Shown in pieces: positions 9,033-19,111 of a stretch of DNA of 53,194 nt. The notes under the pieces are model-generated. The model ran no database searches, was not told the DNA's origin, and worked only from the letters and a program-made list of their open reading frames with translations. Each line of letters starts with the position of its first letter. Position 1 is the first letter of the stretch. The stretch covers positions 1-53,194 of the forward strand of contig CAYVCM010000003.1 of the NCBI GenBank assembly GCA_964449925.1. The letters are read 5' to 3'. A program made the position numbers and the translations under genes. This stretch comes from an uncultured Clostridium sp. (GTDB lineage: Bacteria; Bacillota; Clostridia; TANB77; CAG-508).

Positions 9033-10097
9033 ATGGAACAAAAAAGTATTTTATTACCACTTGCAGGAAAGATTCAACATGGAAAACAAGAACAAAATCA
9101 AAAAGGAAAGAAAATCATTGAACTTGGATATTTTATAGCAAAAGCGGAAAATGAGACTCTAACATTTCTAGAAAATCGTTTTAAAGAAAAATATCCTCAA
9201 AAAAAGCTAATTCATATAAGATTTTTTGATGAGAACCCTTATACAGTAAGAAGAATTAGATATAATCAAAGTGGAGCTGTTTGTTATTGTCCTTATGAAG
9301 AAAATACAGCAAAACAAAAAGTATCAGGTATTTGGAAACCAATAGAATGTACTGAAGATTGTAAACACAGGATAATAGAAGAAGAAAAAAATAAACCAGC
9401 CTGTCTCTTTGAAGGAAATTTAAGATTTTTGTTACCTGAAATAAGCCAAGACAGAATATGGAGAATGCAAATCAAAGGTTATCAGTCAATATTTGCATTA
9501 TATGAATATCTTAATTTTCAAAAGTATTTAGGAAAATCATTAGTTGGAGATTATTATCTATTCTTAAAAAAGAAAAAACAGACAAGTAAAAAAGACGGAA
9601 AATCATATGAAAATTATATTCTTGATATTATAAGAAAAGAAGATTTTATTTCAAGTAATAACAGTTTAAATGATACAGAACAATTCACAACACAAGAACA
9701 AAGTGTTGATAACTCTATTAAAATCCCATCAAAAATTGAAAGTGAAACTACCTATAAAAAAGAAAATGAAACAACAGTAGTAGAAAGTAATAATGGTAAT
9801 TTAGAAAACACTGAAAATATAAGTCCTGATGATAAATTTAAGAACTATTACTTACTTTTAGATAAAGAATACAAAACTTTAATGAATGCAGGAAAAGAGA
9901 CTAAATATTTAGTTGCAAATTTTGTCGACCAGTATGACAACATAAAAGAAGTTATTATTGCACCACAATTTATTGATGAAATATCAGAATGTGATACTGG
10001 AACAAATGTCATTTTAGATTTAGCAGAAGCTGGAAATAAAGTTTTTACTAAAGATATTAAATTTGTACAAAAAATAAAAAAAGATGTAGCAGCATAA
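9033..10097 (+). CDS. Phage gp3/recombination-directionality-factor-like protein
   Basis: AGKIQHG N-terminus, Cys cluster, LRFLLPEI. Confidence 0.55.
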   Translation: MEQKSILLPLAGKIQHGKQEQNQKGKKIIELGYFIAKAENETLTFLENRFKEKYPQKKLIHIRFFDENPYTVRRIRYNQSGAVCYCPYEENTAKQKVSGIWKPIECTEDCKHRIIEEEKNKPACLFEGNLRFLLPEISQDRIWRMQIKGYQSIFALYEYLNFQKYLGKSLVGDYYLFLKKKKQTSKKDGKSYENYILDIIRKEDFISSNNSLNDTEQFTTQEQSVDNSIKIPSKIESETTYKKENETTVVESNNGNLENTENISPDDKFKNYYLLLDKEYKTLMNAGKETKYLVANFVDQYDNIKEVIIAPQFIDEISECDTGTNVILDLAEAGNKVFTKDIKFVQKIKKDVAA

Positions 10098-10218
10098 GTC
10101 AGGATATATACTACTACACAATATCGAAAGGGTTATATAAAAACTCTTTACACAATTATAGAAAATAATACAGAAAAATGTCAATATTCAAGTAAAAAAA
10201 ATTGGAGGAGATTTAATT

Positions 10219-10587
10219 ATGAAAACTTTTACATATAAAAATTATAAGGATTGCTATTTTAGAGTTGGGAGTTATGCAGCAGATAAAAAGGCAATGGCAA
10301 TATCAATTGAGAATAAAACAGATGGATCTATTAGTACATGTACGGTATATGATATATACACTTGTTATAGTGAGCATATTACTGCAATAAAAAATTATTC
10401 TGAAAATTCGCATATGACAGATTTTTTACTTAAATTAAAAGTCGTTGATTCAATTATTTGGAGAGAACCTTGCAATAGTTTTGTAAGAGATACTTTAAAT
10501 ACAAATAATCCTCAAACAATAGATACTTGTGTTATAAACACAGAAGTTCTAAAAGAATACTCAAAGGAATGGAATTATAATGTTTAA
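10219..10587 (+). CDS. Hypothetical protein (DUF4313-like)
   Basis: GGAGG RBS; IKNYSEN motif. Confidence 0.65.
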   Translation: MKTFTYKNYKDCYFRVGSYAADKKAMAISIENKTDGSISTCTVYDIYTCYSEHITAIKNYSENSHMTDFLLKLKVVDSIIWREPCNSFVRDTLNTNNPQTIDTCVINTEVLKEYSKEWNYNV

Positions 10588-10777
10588 TAAGTTTAAAGAT
10601 GGAGATATTGTAATTGTAAACGGAATTGGTAAATGCAATGACAAAAGATATATCAATAAAAAAGGAAAAGTCATTTGCCGAGATCCGTTCTTTTTTGATT
10701 ACAATATTAAATTTGAGGATGGAACAGAAGATTGGATTGATGACAAATATATAAAAAAATATGAAAGCGAGGAATAA
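10580..10777 (+). CDS. Small SH3/KOW-like protein
   Basis: FKDGDIVIV...GKV...YNIKFEDG; translationally coupled. Confidence 0.6.
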   Translation: MFNKFKDGDIVIVNGIGKCNDKRYINKKGKVICRDPFFFDYNIKFEDGTEDWIDDKYIKKYESEE

Positions 10778-10779
10778 AA

Positions 10780-12405
10780 ATGAAAATCACATTTTTAAAA
10801 ACAAAAGGATTTAGAAAATTTGAAGATGTCTTTGAAACAAAAATCTATGATATTACTGAAATAACAGGTGGTAACGCAAAAGGAAAAACAACTATTCTTT
10901 ATGCTATAATTTGGGCTTTTCTAGGTACTAATTTAACTGGAGATGATAAAGTATGGTTAGGTAATAAAAAATGTGAAGATTGTTATGTTGAACTACATTT
11001 TATAGATAATGCTAGAGATAATCATATACTTATCAGATATAAAAATAGATATAATAGCAAAATGAATTTTATCATGTTAGATAATAAAAAAATAGAACAA
11101 AAAGATTTACAAACATTTTATAAAGACAAAAAATTATTTTTATCTATTTTAAACTCAAGTTATTTCTTAAATAAAAAGCCAACAGAACAAAAAGAATTAA
11201 TTGACAGCTATTTACCTGAGATAGATATAAACACAGCTTATAGCAAACTAAATGATTATGAAAAATCTTTATTAGAAGGCTGTCCTACTAATATGGCTCA
11301 ATATATACAAGAATTGAACGATAACAAGAAAATGTATGAGAATCAAATAAAAACTATTAGAGGAAAAATAGATTATGCTCAAAGTATTATAGATTCGACT
11401 AATATTAGTGAAATATTAACTTTTGAAAAAGATGAAGAACTTGATTTAGATAGACAACAGCTATCATACTTAACTACTGATAAGAACTCTGCTATAAGGA
11501 CAAAGCAAGAAAAAATAGTAGATGAACTAGAAAAACAAAAGTTAGCATTAGAAAAGCAAATAGATGACCTATTTTCTCAAATGCAAGAAGGAAAGAAAAA
11601 ATATTTATCTATTAAAAATACACCTAATGCATGTTGTCCTTTATGCAAACAAGAATTAGATGAAAAAAGTAAACTTACAACAGTTCTTAATATGAAAGAG
11701 GATTTAGAAGTAACTTATGACAAAAAAATAAAATTAGATAAAGAACTTTTGATTATAAAAGGAAAATTAGCAGTTGAAAAAGCTAAATTGTACTCTGTTC
11801 AAAGTGTATCAAATAATGAAGAATATCCAGGACAAATAACTACTTTAAAAGAGAAAATAAACTCATTAGAACAAGAAAAATTGGATATAGAAAAGCACAA
11901 TAATATTGTTACTATAAATCAAAAAAATGTAATGACAGCAAAAGAAGATATTGCAAAATTTAATACTAAAATTCAAGAATTATACAGTCTTATAGAAAAT
12001 ATAAAAAAAGTAAAAGATGTCGCACAAAAATTATATATTAACTATTTAGAGGAAAAAATGAAATACGCAACTATACATTTAAAAAATGTTAGGATACAGT
12101 ATTACAAAGTATCAAAAGAAGATGAAATTTTAAAAGAAGATTTTATTATTCTTTATAGAAATAATGAACTTAAAAATCTTTCACATTCTGAAACTATTGC
12201 AACAATGCTTGAACTTGGTAATATGTTAAATAAGGTCGCTAATACTAATTTTCCTTTATTTATAGATGACAGCGAAAGTTGTGCTGATTTTGATTTTGTA
12301 GAAGATTATGCAAAAGATACACAAATTTTAATTTCAAGAGTTCAAAAAGGTCAAGAATTAACAATATCAAATTATGATGATGAGACTATGCAAATTGCTG
12401 CATAG
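10780..12405 (+). CDS. SMC/Rad50-like AAA ATPase
   Basis: GGNAKGKTT, coiled coil with CPLC zinc hook, LSHSE signature, FIDD. Confidence 0.85.
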   Translation: MKITFLKTKGFRKFEDVFETKIYDITEITGGNAKGKTTILYAIIWAFLGTNLTGDDKVWLGNKKCEDCYVELHFIDNARDNHILIRYKNRYNSKMNFIMLDNKKIEQKDLQTFYKDKKLFLSILNSSYFLNKKPTEQKELIDSYLPEIDINTAYSKLNDYEKSLLEGCPTNMAQYIQELNDNKKMYENQIKTIRGKIDYAQSIIDSTNISEILTFEKDEELDLDRQQLSYLTTDKNSAIRTKQEKIVDELEKQKLALEKQIDDLFSQMQEGKKKYLSIKNTPNACCPLCKQELDEKSKLTTVLNMKEDLEVTYDKKIKLDKELLIIKGKLAVEKAKLYSVQSVSNNEEYPGQITTLKEKINSLEQEKLDIEKHNNIVTINQKNVMTAKEDIAKFNTKIQELYSLIENIKKVKDVAQKLYINYLEEKMKYATIHLKNVRIQYYKVSKEDEILKEDFIILYRNNELKNLSHSETIATMLELGNMLNKVANTNFPLFIDDSESCADFDFVEDYAKDTQILISRVQKGQELTISNYDDETMQIAA

Positions 12406-12444
12406 TCTTAAGCTATAAAATTATTTTAAATTGGAGGAATACAT

Positions 12445-12861
12445 ATGAAAATCAAATGTTTATTAGTAATGCCTAACAAAGAGGTACAAAAAGTTAAAAT
12501 ACCAGGAAACTTAAAATTCGTAAGAGCTTTAATAGGAAAAGATTTATTAAAAATAAGAGCAAGTAAAAGTAACTTAATTATTGCTAATCAAAATGCAGAA
12601 AAAGATGAGTTTAATCGAATTTATCAAGGTTGCATCTTGTATGGAACTTTTTTAGTTGTTTCTATAAAAAATAAAAAACTTTGCTCAATGAAAAGAAAAG
12701 ATATAAGGAAATTTAGTAATATGTTTAAACTTTCTAAACATCAGAAAAAGATAGAAAGATTTAAGGATGAATTTTTGGAAGAATATTACTACCAACAAAG
12801 AAAAAATAAACTAAAAAATAGAAAGCATAATAAAGAAGTTATCTTTAAAAAAGCTGCATAA
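12445..12861 (+). CDS. Hypothetical protein (DUF3846-like)
   Basis: GGAGG RBS; FNR..GCILYGTFLVV. Confidence 0.55.
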   Translation: MKIKCLLVMPNKEVQKVKIPGNLKFVRALIGKDLLKIRASKSNLIIANQNAEKDEFNRIYQGCILYGTFLVVSIKNKKLCSMKRKDIRKFSNMFKLSKHQKKIERFKDEFLEEYYYQQRKNKLKNRKHNKEVIFKKAA

Positions 12862-12884
12862 GTAAGAAAGGAAGGATTTATATT

Positions 12885-13169
12885 ATGAATAATTATGAAA
12901 CAATTTTTTTAATTAAAGATGATATTACAGAAGAACAAAGAAATGCTGTTGTAGATAAGGTTAAAGATTATCTTATTAAAAATGGAAAAGTCTCAAAAGA
13001 AGAAGATTTAGGCAAAAAGAAACTAGCCTATACAGTTAGAGAATATCAGTATGCTTATTACTACATAATTCAGTTTACTGGAGAAGCTAGTACTGTCTAT
13101 GATTTAGAGAAAATTTATCGTATAGATGAAAACATATTAAAATTTATAACAGTAAAAATGGATATTTAG
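12885..13169 (+). CDS. rpsF: 30S ribosomal protein S6 homologue
   Basis: MNNYETIF..., LGKKKLAY, YRIDENILKFITVK; directly precedes ssb. Confidence 0.85.
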   Translation: MNNYETIFLIKDDITEEQRNAVVDKVKDYLIKNGKVSKEEDLGKKKLAYTVREYQYAYYYIIQFTGEASTVYDLEKIYRIDENILKFITVKMDI

Positions 13170-13185
13170 AAAGGAAGGTTAAGAT

Positions 13186-13614
13186 ATGAACAAAGTAATT
13201 TTATTAGGAAGACTTACAAAAGATGTAGAATTAAGATACACAAAAAACACAAACAATGCAGTAGCATCATTTAGCATAGCAGTAAATCGTGCTTTTGTAA
13301 AACAAGGAGAAGAAAGAGAAACAGACTTCTTTAATGTTATTGCTTGGAATAAGTTAGCAGAAAATATTTCAAAATATGTTTCAAAAGGTCAGCAACTTGC
13401 TATATCAGGTAGACTAGAAACCAGAACTTGGGAAGATGAACAAGGTATAAAGCATTATGTAACAGAAGTTATTGCTGAAGAAGTAGATTTTATTGAAAGA
13501 CGAAAGAAATAAGAACCTAGTGATGCTATATTAAATGGAACTAACACGCCTATACAAGACTTTAGTAATAACAATGCTGAAGAAATATTAGGTAGTGATG
13601 ATTTGCCATTTTAA
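13186..13614 (+). CDS. ssb: Single-stranded DNA-binding protein; an in-frame TAA at 13510-13512 separates the DDLPF tail
   Basis: MNKVILLGRLTKD OB-fold; the same frame continues after TAA to ...GSDDLPF*. Confidence 0.88.
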
Positions 13615-13620
13615 GGAGGA

Positions 13621-13902
13621 ATGAGTATGGAAACAAATATAATTACAGTCAAATATGAAGATGATTTTTTCCCAAGAACTTTTAATGGACGAGATTATTC
13701 ATACTTTATAGAATTAAAAGTATCTGTTGGTGATTTAGTTATAGCACCAACAAAGTATGGAACCAAAATCGCAAAAGTAACAAGGATAAATGTTTCTGAA
13801 GAAGAAATAGAAAAAATTAGACCATTTATGAAAAAGATTACTCAAAAGCTTAACAAAGATAGATATATAAATTTTAATGAAATTCTAGAGGAAGTTGCAT
13901 AA
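13621..13902 (+). CDS. Hypothetical protein (phage-like)
   Basis: AGGAGG RBS; YSY...VGDLVIAPT. Confidence 0.7.
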   Translation: MSMETNIITVKYEDDFFPRTFNGRDYSYFIELKVSVGDLVIAPTKYGTKIAKVTRINVSEEEIEKIRPFMKKITQKLNKDRYINFNEILEEVA

Positions 13903-13907
13903 AATTT

Positions 13908-14300
13908 ATGGATGAAAAGCAGATGGCTCAAACTCTAATAAAAGAGTTATCAAAATTAGGATTTATTATTCATAGATACGATGCAATTACAACAAACTCT
14001 ATCTATCTTAAATTAGACTATGGCGTTTGTTGTGGTATTAGAATTTCTAACCACAGTGGAAAAAAGAAATATCATTATAGATTTAATATTGTAAAAGGAT
14101 ATAGTGGAGATAAGATTACATATTCTAAAAATCTTATCTCCTATTTTTATACCTTTGAAGAAATATCACAACTAATTAAAGATGTCCTAGAAGAAAGAAA
14201 ACTAAAAATTCAAAAATATGGTCTTAATAATTATCAAAAATATATGGAAATAGAAAAAGGTAACAATCCACTTTTTCAAAGATTTAAAAAAGTAATTTGA
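13908..14300 (+). CDS. Hypothetical protein (phage-like)
   Basis: TNSIYLKLDYG...IRISNH. Confidence 0.7.
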   Translation: MDEKQMAQTLIKELSKLGFIIHRYDAITTNSIYLKLDYGVCCGIRISNHSGKKKYHYRFNIVKGYSGDKITYSKNLISYFYTFEEISQLIKDVLEERKLKIQKYGLNNYQKYMEIEKGNNPLFQRFKKVI

Positions 14301-14313
14301 AAGGAGCAAAAAT

Positions 14314-14703
14314 ATGGAAGGTATAGAAAGATTAGAACTAGAAGTATTAGAAATGAATGATTTTGCTGTCTCTAATATTTTTAATAATATAAAAAATAAA
14401 CCTGAATTACAAGAAAAGTTTAACAATAAAGAAAAAACAATTAAAGGAATGTATGAATATGTATATGAAAAAGCAAAGGCACTAAAACAAGGAAATGTAG
14501 CAATGGTGAATGATCAAGTTGTATATTTATGGGCTACTAATTACTTTAAATATACAAACGAAGAACTTGGTATAAAAAAGAAAGATCTAACCCCTGAAAC
14601 TAATAAAAAAGAAACAAAAAAAGAAGATGAAAAAGAGGAAAAAAAGTCTGAAGAAAAAGAATATAATCCTCAAATTTCAATGTTTGAGGAGGTGCAAAAA
14701 TAA
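14314..14703 (+). CDS. PcfK-like / AcrIIA9-family-like protein
   Basis: KTIKGMYEYV..KA...AMVNDQVVY.WA..YF, QISMF tail; directly before PcfJ. Confidence 0.7.
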   Translation: MEGIERLELEVLEMNDFAVSNIFNNIKNKPELQEKFNNKEKTIKGMYEYVYEKAKALKQGNVAMVNDQVVYLWATNYFKYTNEELGIKKKDLTPETNKKETKKEDEKEEKKSEEKEYNPQISMFEEVQK

Positions 14704-16169
14704 TGGGATATGTAAAAAAAGCATATAGAGAAATATTTAATGAACTAGATAACTATTCTGAACTTCCAAAAGGCTGGAATATGTTTGTAGAAAAGCAAGA
14801 AAAATATCATAACCTAATTATAAAATCAAGCAAAAATCAATGTCATTGTACTAATTGTAATCATAACTTTATTAGTAAGAAAAAAGTAAACAAAGAAGTA
14901 ATATGTCCTAATTGTCATAATAAATATTTAATCAAAAGAAGTAACTTAAAATATTATGAATTTAAAGATTATTTATCTATTTTAGATATGGTAAATGATA
15001 CATTTGTAATTCGATATTTTGAATTAAAAACAATTATAGATGCACTACATAAACATTATTCTTCTGTTGTAGAATTTGCAAGAGAAATACCTACAAATAC
15101 TTATTATAGGAATGTATATGTAAATGATAGAGTATCAAGATGTCAATGTCATATATACATATATCATGGTGATAATAGTTATTTTAATCCTAAAAAGTGG
15201 AGAGAATATACTAGAAGTTACTCACTGATTGATTATTCAATAGTATTTCCTAATAATATAAAGAAATTACTTAAAGATACTAAACTTAGGTATTCTTGTA
15301 TATGGGATATAGCAAAACATTCTACATACATTGATTTATTAAAACTAATTAAAGATAAAGATGACTATGCTATAAACAGAATCGAAAGATTGGCAAAAAT
15401 GAAATTATATAATTTAGCATTATGTGCAGAAAATTTTAGTTATGGTGGTTCTTTTCAAACGATTTTTGGAGTTTCAAAAGATTACTACCAATTCATGAAA
15501 AAACACAATATTACATATGCACAATTAAAGTTACTAAGATTGCTAAAAGAAAAGGATATTAGAAAAATAAGATATTTGGAAAAATTTATTACTTATGGAG
15601 ATAACACTAATATTTTAGAAGAAATCTCAAAATACATTAGTTTAAATCGTTTTATAAAATATTCAAAAATGCAAAATAAAAAGTTTGATATATATTTATA
15701 TAAAGATTATTTAAAATTTGCAAAATTGATAGGTCTTGATTTAAAAAACAATAGATATGCTTTTCCTAAAAACTTAAAAGAAGCACATGATGAATTAGAA
15801 AAACAATTTCGAGTTCAAAGCAGTAAAATTTTAAAAGAAGCAATCTTAAGAAGAGCAAAAGAATTATCCAAAAATAAATATAAAGATGATAATTTTATTA
15901 TATTACCAGCACCTAGTTTAAATGCTATGAAAAATGAAAGTAAACAACAAAATAATTGTGTTAGAACCTATGCAGAAGATTATGCAAAAGGGAATAGTGA
16001 TATATATTTTATGAGAAGTATAGATAGTCCCAAAAAATCATTAGTTACAGTAGAAGTACAATATAATAAGGTCGTACAAAGTAGAATTAAAAATAATGAT
16101 AATCCAAGCAAAACACAGTTGGCATTTTTAAATAAATGGGAACAAAAAATATTGAAAGGAGCAGCTTAA
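14703..16169 (+). CDS. PcfJ domain protein
   Basis: CTNC/CPNC, YKDYL, FPKNLKEAHD, ES...NNCV.TY, VTVEV. Confidence 0.85.
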   Translation: MGYVKKAYREIFNELDNYSELPKGWNMFVEKQEKYHNLIIKSSKNQCHCTNCNHNFISKKKVNKEVICPNCHNKYLIKRSNLKYYEFKDYLSILDMVNDTFVIRYFELKTIIDALHKHYSSVVEFAREIPTNTYYRNVYVNDRVSRCQCHIYIYHGDNSYFNPKKWREYTRSYSLIDYSIVFPNNIKKLLKDTKLRYSCIWDIAKHSTYIDLLKLIKDKDDYAINRIERLAKMKLYNLALCAENFSYGGSFQTIFGVSKDYYQFMKKHNITYAQLKLLRLLKEKDIRKIRYLEKFITYGDNTNILEEISKYISLNRFIKYSKMQNKKFDIYLYKDYLKFAKLIGLDLKNNRYAFPKNLKEAHDELEKQFRVQSSKILKEAILRRAKELSKNKYKDDNFIILPAPSLNAMKNESKQQNNCVRTYAEDYAKGNSDIYFMRSIDSPKKSLVTVEVQYNKVVQSRIKNNDNPSKTQLAFLNKWEQKILKGAA

Positions 16170-16171
16170 AT

Positions 16172-17029
16172 ATGAAAAAGAAAACAGATAAAGCAGATAA
16201 AACCAAAGAATTATTTAACAAAATAGTAAATGGTGTAACAAATATTATATCTTCTGGAGAATATGAAAGATTTTTAAAATTTAGTAAAAATTTTCATCAA
16301 TATAGTTTTAATAATATAATTCTTATATATTCTCAAATGAAAGAAGCAACACGAGTTGCAGGATTTAAAAAATGGCAGTCAATGGGAAGAAAATTAAAAA
16401 AAGGCTCTAAGGGAATACAAATTATTTATCCAATAAAAAGAAAATACACTAAAATAATTGAAGGACAAGATAGTTTATTAGATGAAAATAAAAAAGAGCA
16501 AGAAGTAGAATATATGACATATAGATATACATATGTATATGATATTTCTCAAACTGTTGGTGAGCCTTTACCATTAGAAAAAAATACCCTAAATAGCTGT
16601 AATAAAAAAGATTTTTTTGTATTTTTAAAATCTTTTTCACCATATTTAATTGAAGAAGAAGACATATTGGGAAATACAAAAGGTTATTGGCTTGAAAAAG
16701 ACCAAAGAATTGTTATAAAAAAATCGTTATCTATTGATGATAAGGTATCTGTGTTGTTACATGAACTCACCCATGCATTTTATGATGATTTTGATTACAA
16801 AGAAAATAGAGATTTATCTGAAACATTTGTTGAATCAGTTGCATTTATTGTAGCTGATTATTTTGATTTAGATACTTCTATTTGTAGTTTTAATTACATT
16901 ACTTCTTGGGTAGATGGAGACATTAAATTATTGATTGAACTAGGAGATAAAATACAAAAATGTGCTAATAGTTTCATTAAAAAATTAGAAGATTTTTATA
17001 ATAATGGTAATTTACAAATTGCTATTTAG
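16172..17029 (+). CDS. ArdC-like ssDNA-binding antirestriction protein with zincin motif
   Basis: FHQYSFNN.ILI..Q, VAGF..W..MGR, VYDISQT, HELTH. Confidence 0.85.
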   Translation: MKKKTDKADKTKELFNKIVNGVTNIISSGEYERFLKFSKNFHQYSFNNIILIYSQMKEATRVAGFKKWQSMGRKLKKGSKGIQIIYPIKRKYTKIIEGQDSLLDENKKEQEVEYMTYRYTYVYDISQTVGEPLPLEKNTLNSCNKKDFFVFLKSFSPYLIEEEDILGNTKGYWLEKDQRIVIKKSLSIDDKVSVLLHELTHAFYDDFDYKENRDLSETFVESVAFIVADYFDLDTSICSFNYITSWVDGDIKLLIELGDKIQKCANSFIKKLEDFYNNGNLQIAI

Positions 17030-17044
17030 AAAGGATTTGGAGCT

Positions 17045-18116
17045 ATGAATAAACTAGATATGATTGAAGTACAAAGGCATATAAATATACTAAATGTTGC
17101 ATATCATTTAAGTTTAGAAATTACTGATACAAGAGGAACAGAAGTAAAAGCAATATGCCCATTTTGTCGGTTATAACAAAAATTCTAAAATTGCTACTTT
17201 AAGTTTAAACCCTACTAATAATAAATACTGTTGCAGTAGATGCGGCAAAGGTGGTTATAGTATAGGGTTATATGCTTTATTAAGAAATATTGATAATAAA
17301 ATGGCATTTAAAGAATTACTAGATAGAGAGTGTTTTTCAATGAATAAATCACATATTGAAATAAGCCCTATAAATGAACTAGCAGACATTGAAACAAGGG
17401 ATAAAGTATATAGAGATTTTTTAAATATGCTAAAATTAAAAGCCAGTCATAAAAAAGAATTAGAAAATATGGGCTTTTTAAATAGTGATATAGAAGAAAA
17501 AATGTACCGTACTATTCCAAAAGATACTATTTTACGAAGATTGACTGCAAATAAGCTAAAAAGAAAATATGATTTGTCAGGAATACCTGGTTTTTATCAG
17601 GATGAAGACTGGGTTTGGAATTTTACTGCCCCAAAAGGATTTTTTATACCTGTATTTGATGAACAAAAAAGAATACAAGCATTATCAATACATTTAGATA
17701 ATAAATTTAATGGAAGCCAAGACCTATGGTTTTCAAGTAAGGGTAAAATAAATGGTACAGCAATTAAAAATATTGTAGTTAAAAGAAATATAAGAAAAGA
17801 TACAAATACAGTCGTTCTAACAGATAATTTTTTATTAGGAAATTATATTGAAGAAGCATTAGAGATACCAATAATTGCTTTTTCTAATATTAGCAATTCA
17901 AAACAAATATTAAAAATACTTGATAATACCAATATTCAAAATATTTTATTTACTTTTAAAATAGATAGAAATGATAACTTGGATTATATTATAAACCGAG
18001 TATTTAGAGACTTAATACCATTAGGATATGAATTACAAGTGAAAGCAATAAATGATTTTAAAGAGGTATTAAATGATGACTTTTTAACATTTTATAAATT
18101 AAAAAAGGTTGCATAA
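17045..18116 (+). CDS. Primase-like protein (CHC2-type Zn finger plus DUF3854/TOPRIM-like region); needs +1 at CGGT 17168-17171
   Basis: CPFC|cGGT|YNKNSK...YCCSRCGKGG becomes continuous with ORF 17301-18116. Confidence 0.8.
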
Positions 18117-18192
18117 AAGCAAAAGGAATATAGTACAATTCTATAATGAACAAGAAATAGTATTAAGAGTGTAAAAAGAACATATTTATATA

Positions 18193-18230
18193 ACCTACTC
18201 TATATTTTTATAGGGTAGGCTATTTTTTTT
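18193..18230 (+). terminator. Terminator of the leading-region operon
   Basis: CCTACTCTATA/TATAGGGTAGG hairpin and T run. Confidence 0.75.
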
Positions 18231-18432
18231 ATACTTTGTATGATATACTTTTATAAATAGATTAAAAAGATTTTATCATTTTTAAACGAAATGATTGTAT
18301 TTTACATAAGACCGTGATAAAATTGATATACTAATAGAATATTAGTTTTATTTCCTTATTCCCCTGTTTTTACAGGTTAATATATAGACAATATAGATAA
18401 TTTTAAAATGACTATTTTGAGGAGGAGAAAAA

Positions 18433-19059
18433 ATGAGTTTTTTTGAAAAAAAGTATTTGGTTTTGTCTTATGATAGTGGTGCATGTTTACTAACTGCCAA
18501 ACAACTTTGTGAACGGGTAGTAAATGATAGCAAAGCAGGAGATTTCAATTGGATCACTTCAGCCACTGAACTTGTAAGTATTTGTAAAAAAACAAGTTTT
18601 CCAAATGAATATGCACTTGTTATTAAATGTGCAATTTTAAATTGTTTTGCAAATATAGTACACAGGGCAACCTGTGGAAACGAACGCTATATTGATGAAA
18701 CAGATCAAGCAGCTGTACAAGAATGTTACAATTCTTTGTACGAAGTTGAAGATCAAAGGGCTATATTAGCGAGGCAAAGATACTTAGCTGAAGTAATTGC
18801 TTATGTCTCAAGCCACTATTACTATTATCGAGGTCCATCATTTTTGAAATTAGAAGATAGATGGCGTAAGTCTAAATTTCGGGAATATATTCCTCAAGAA
18901 AAAATTGACTTTAACCAGTTAGAAAAACAATTAAAAGCTGACTTTGATAATTTTATTAAAAAAGCTGAAATTGATGGAACTCTAGAAGAAGATAAAAAAG
19001 AAGAAGAAAGGATGTTAAAATCCTTGTATGAGAAAATTAAAACTGACATTTTCAATTAA
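18433..19059 (+). CDS. Hypothetical cargo protein
   Basis: GGAGG RBS; stand-alone gene; two in-frame CGG-G. Confidence 0.75.
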   Translation: MSFFEKKYLVLSYDSGACLLTAKQLCERVVNDSKAGDFNWITSATELVSICKKTSFPNEYALVIKCAILNCFANIVHRATCGNERYIDETDQAAVQECYNSLYEVEDQRAILARQRYLAEVIAYVSSHYYYYRGPSFLKLEDRWRKSKFREYIPQEKIDFNQLEKQLKADFDNFIKKAEIDGTLEEDKKEEERMLKSLYEKIKTDIFN

Positions 19060-19062
19060 CTC

Positions 19063-19100
19063 AAAGGAGAGTATTTAAATTTTTAGATACTCTCCTTTTT
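19063..19100. terminator. Bidirectional terminator
   Basis: AAAGGAGAGTAT/ATACTCTCCTTT. Confidence 0.8.
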
Positions 19101-19111
19101 ATAACTTTTAA

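Noticed and set aside
8645-18116. Prophage
   Set aside because: Phage-like replication genes but no terminase, capsid, tail or lysis genes; linked to a T4SS instead
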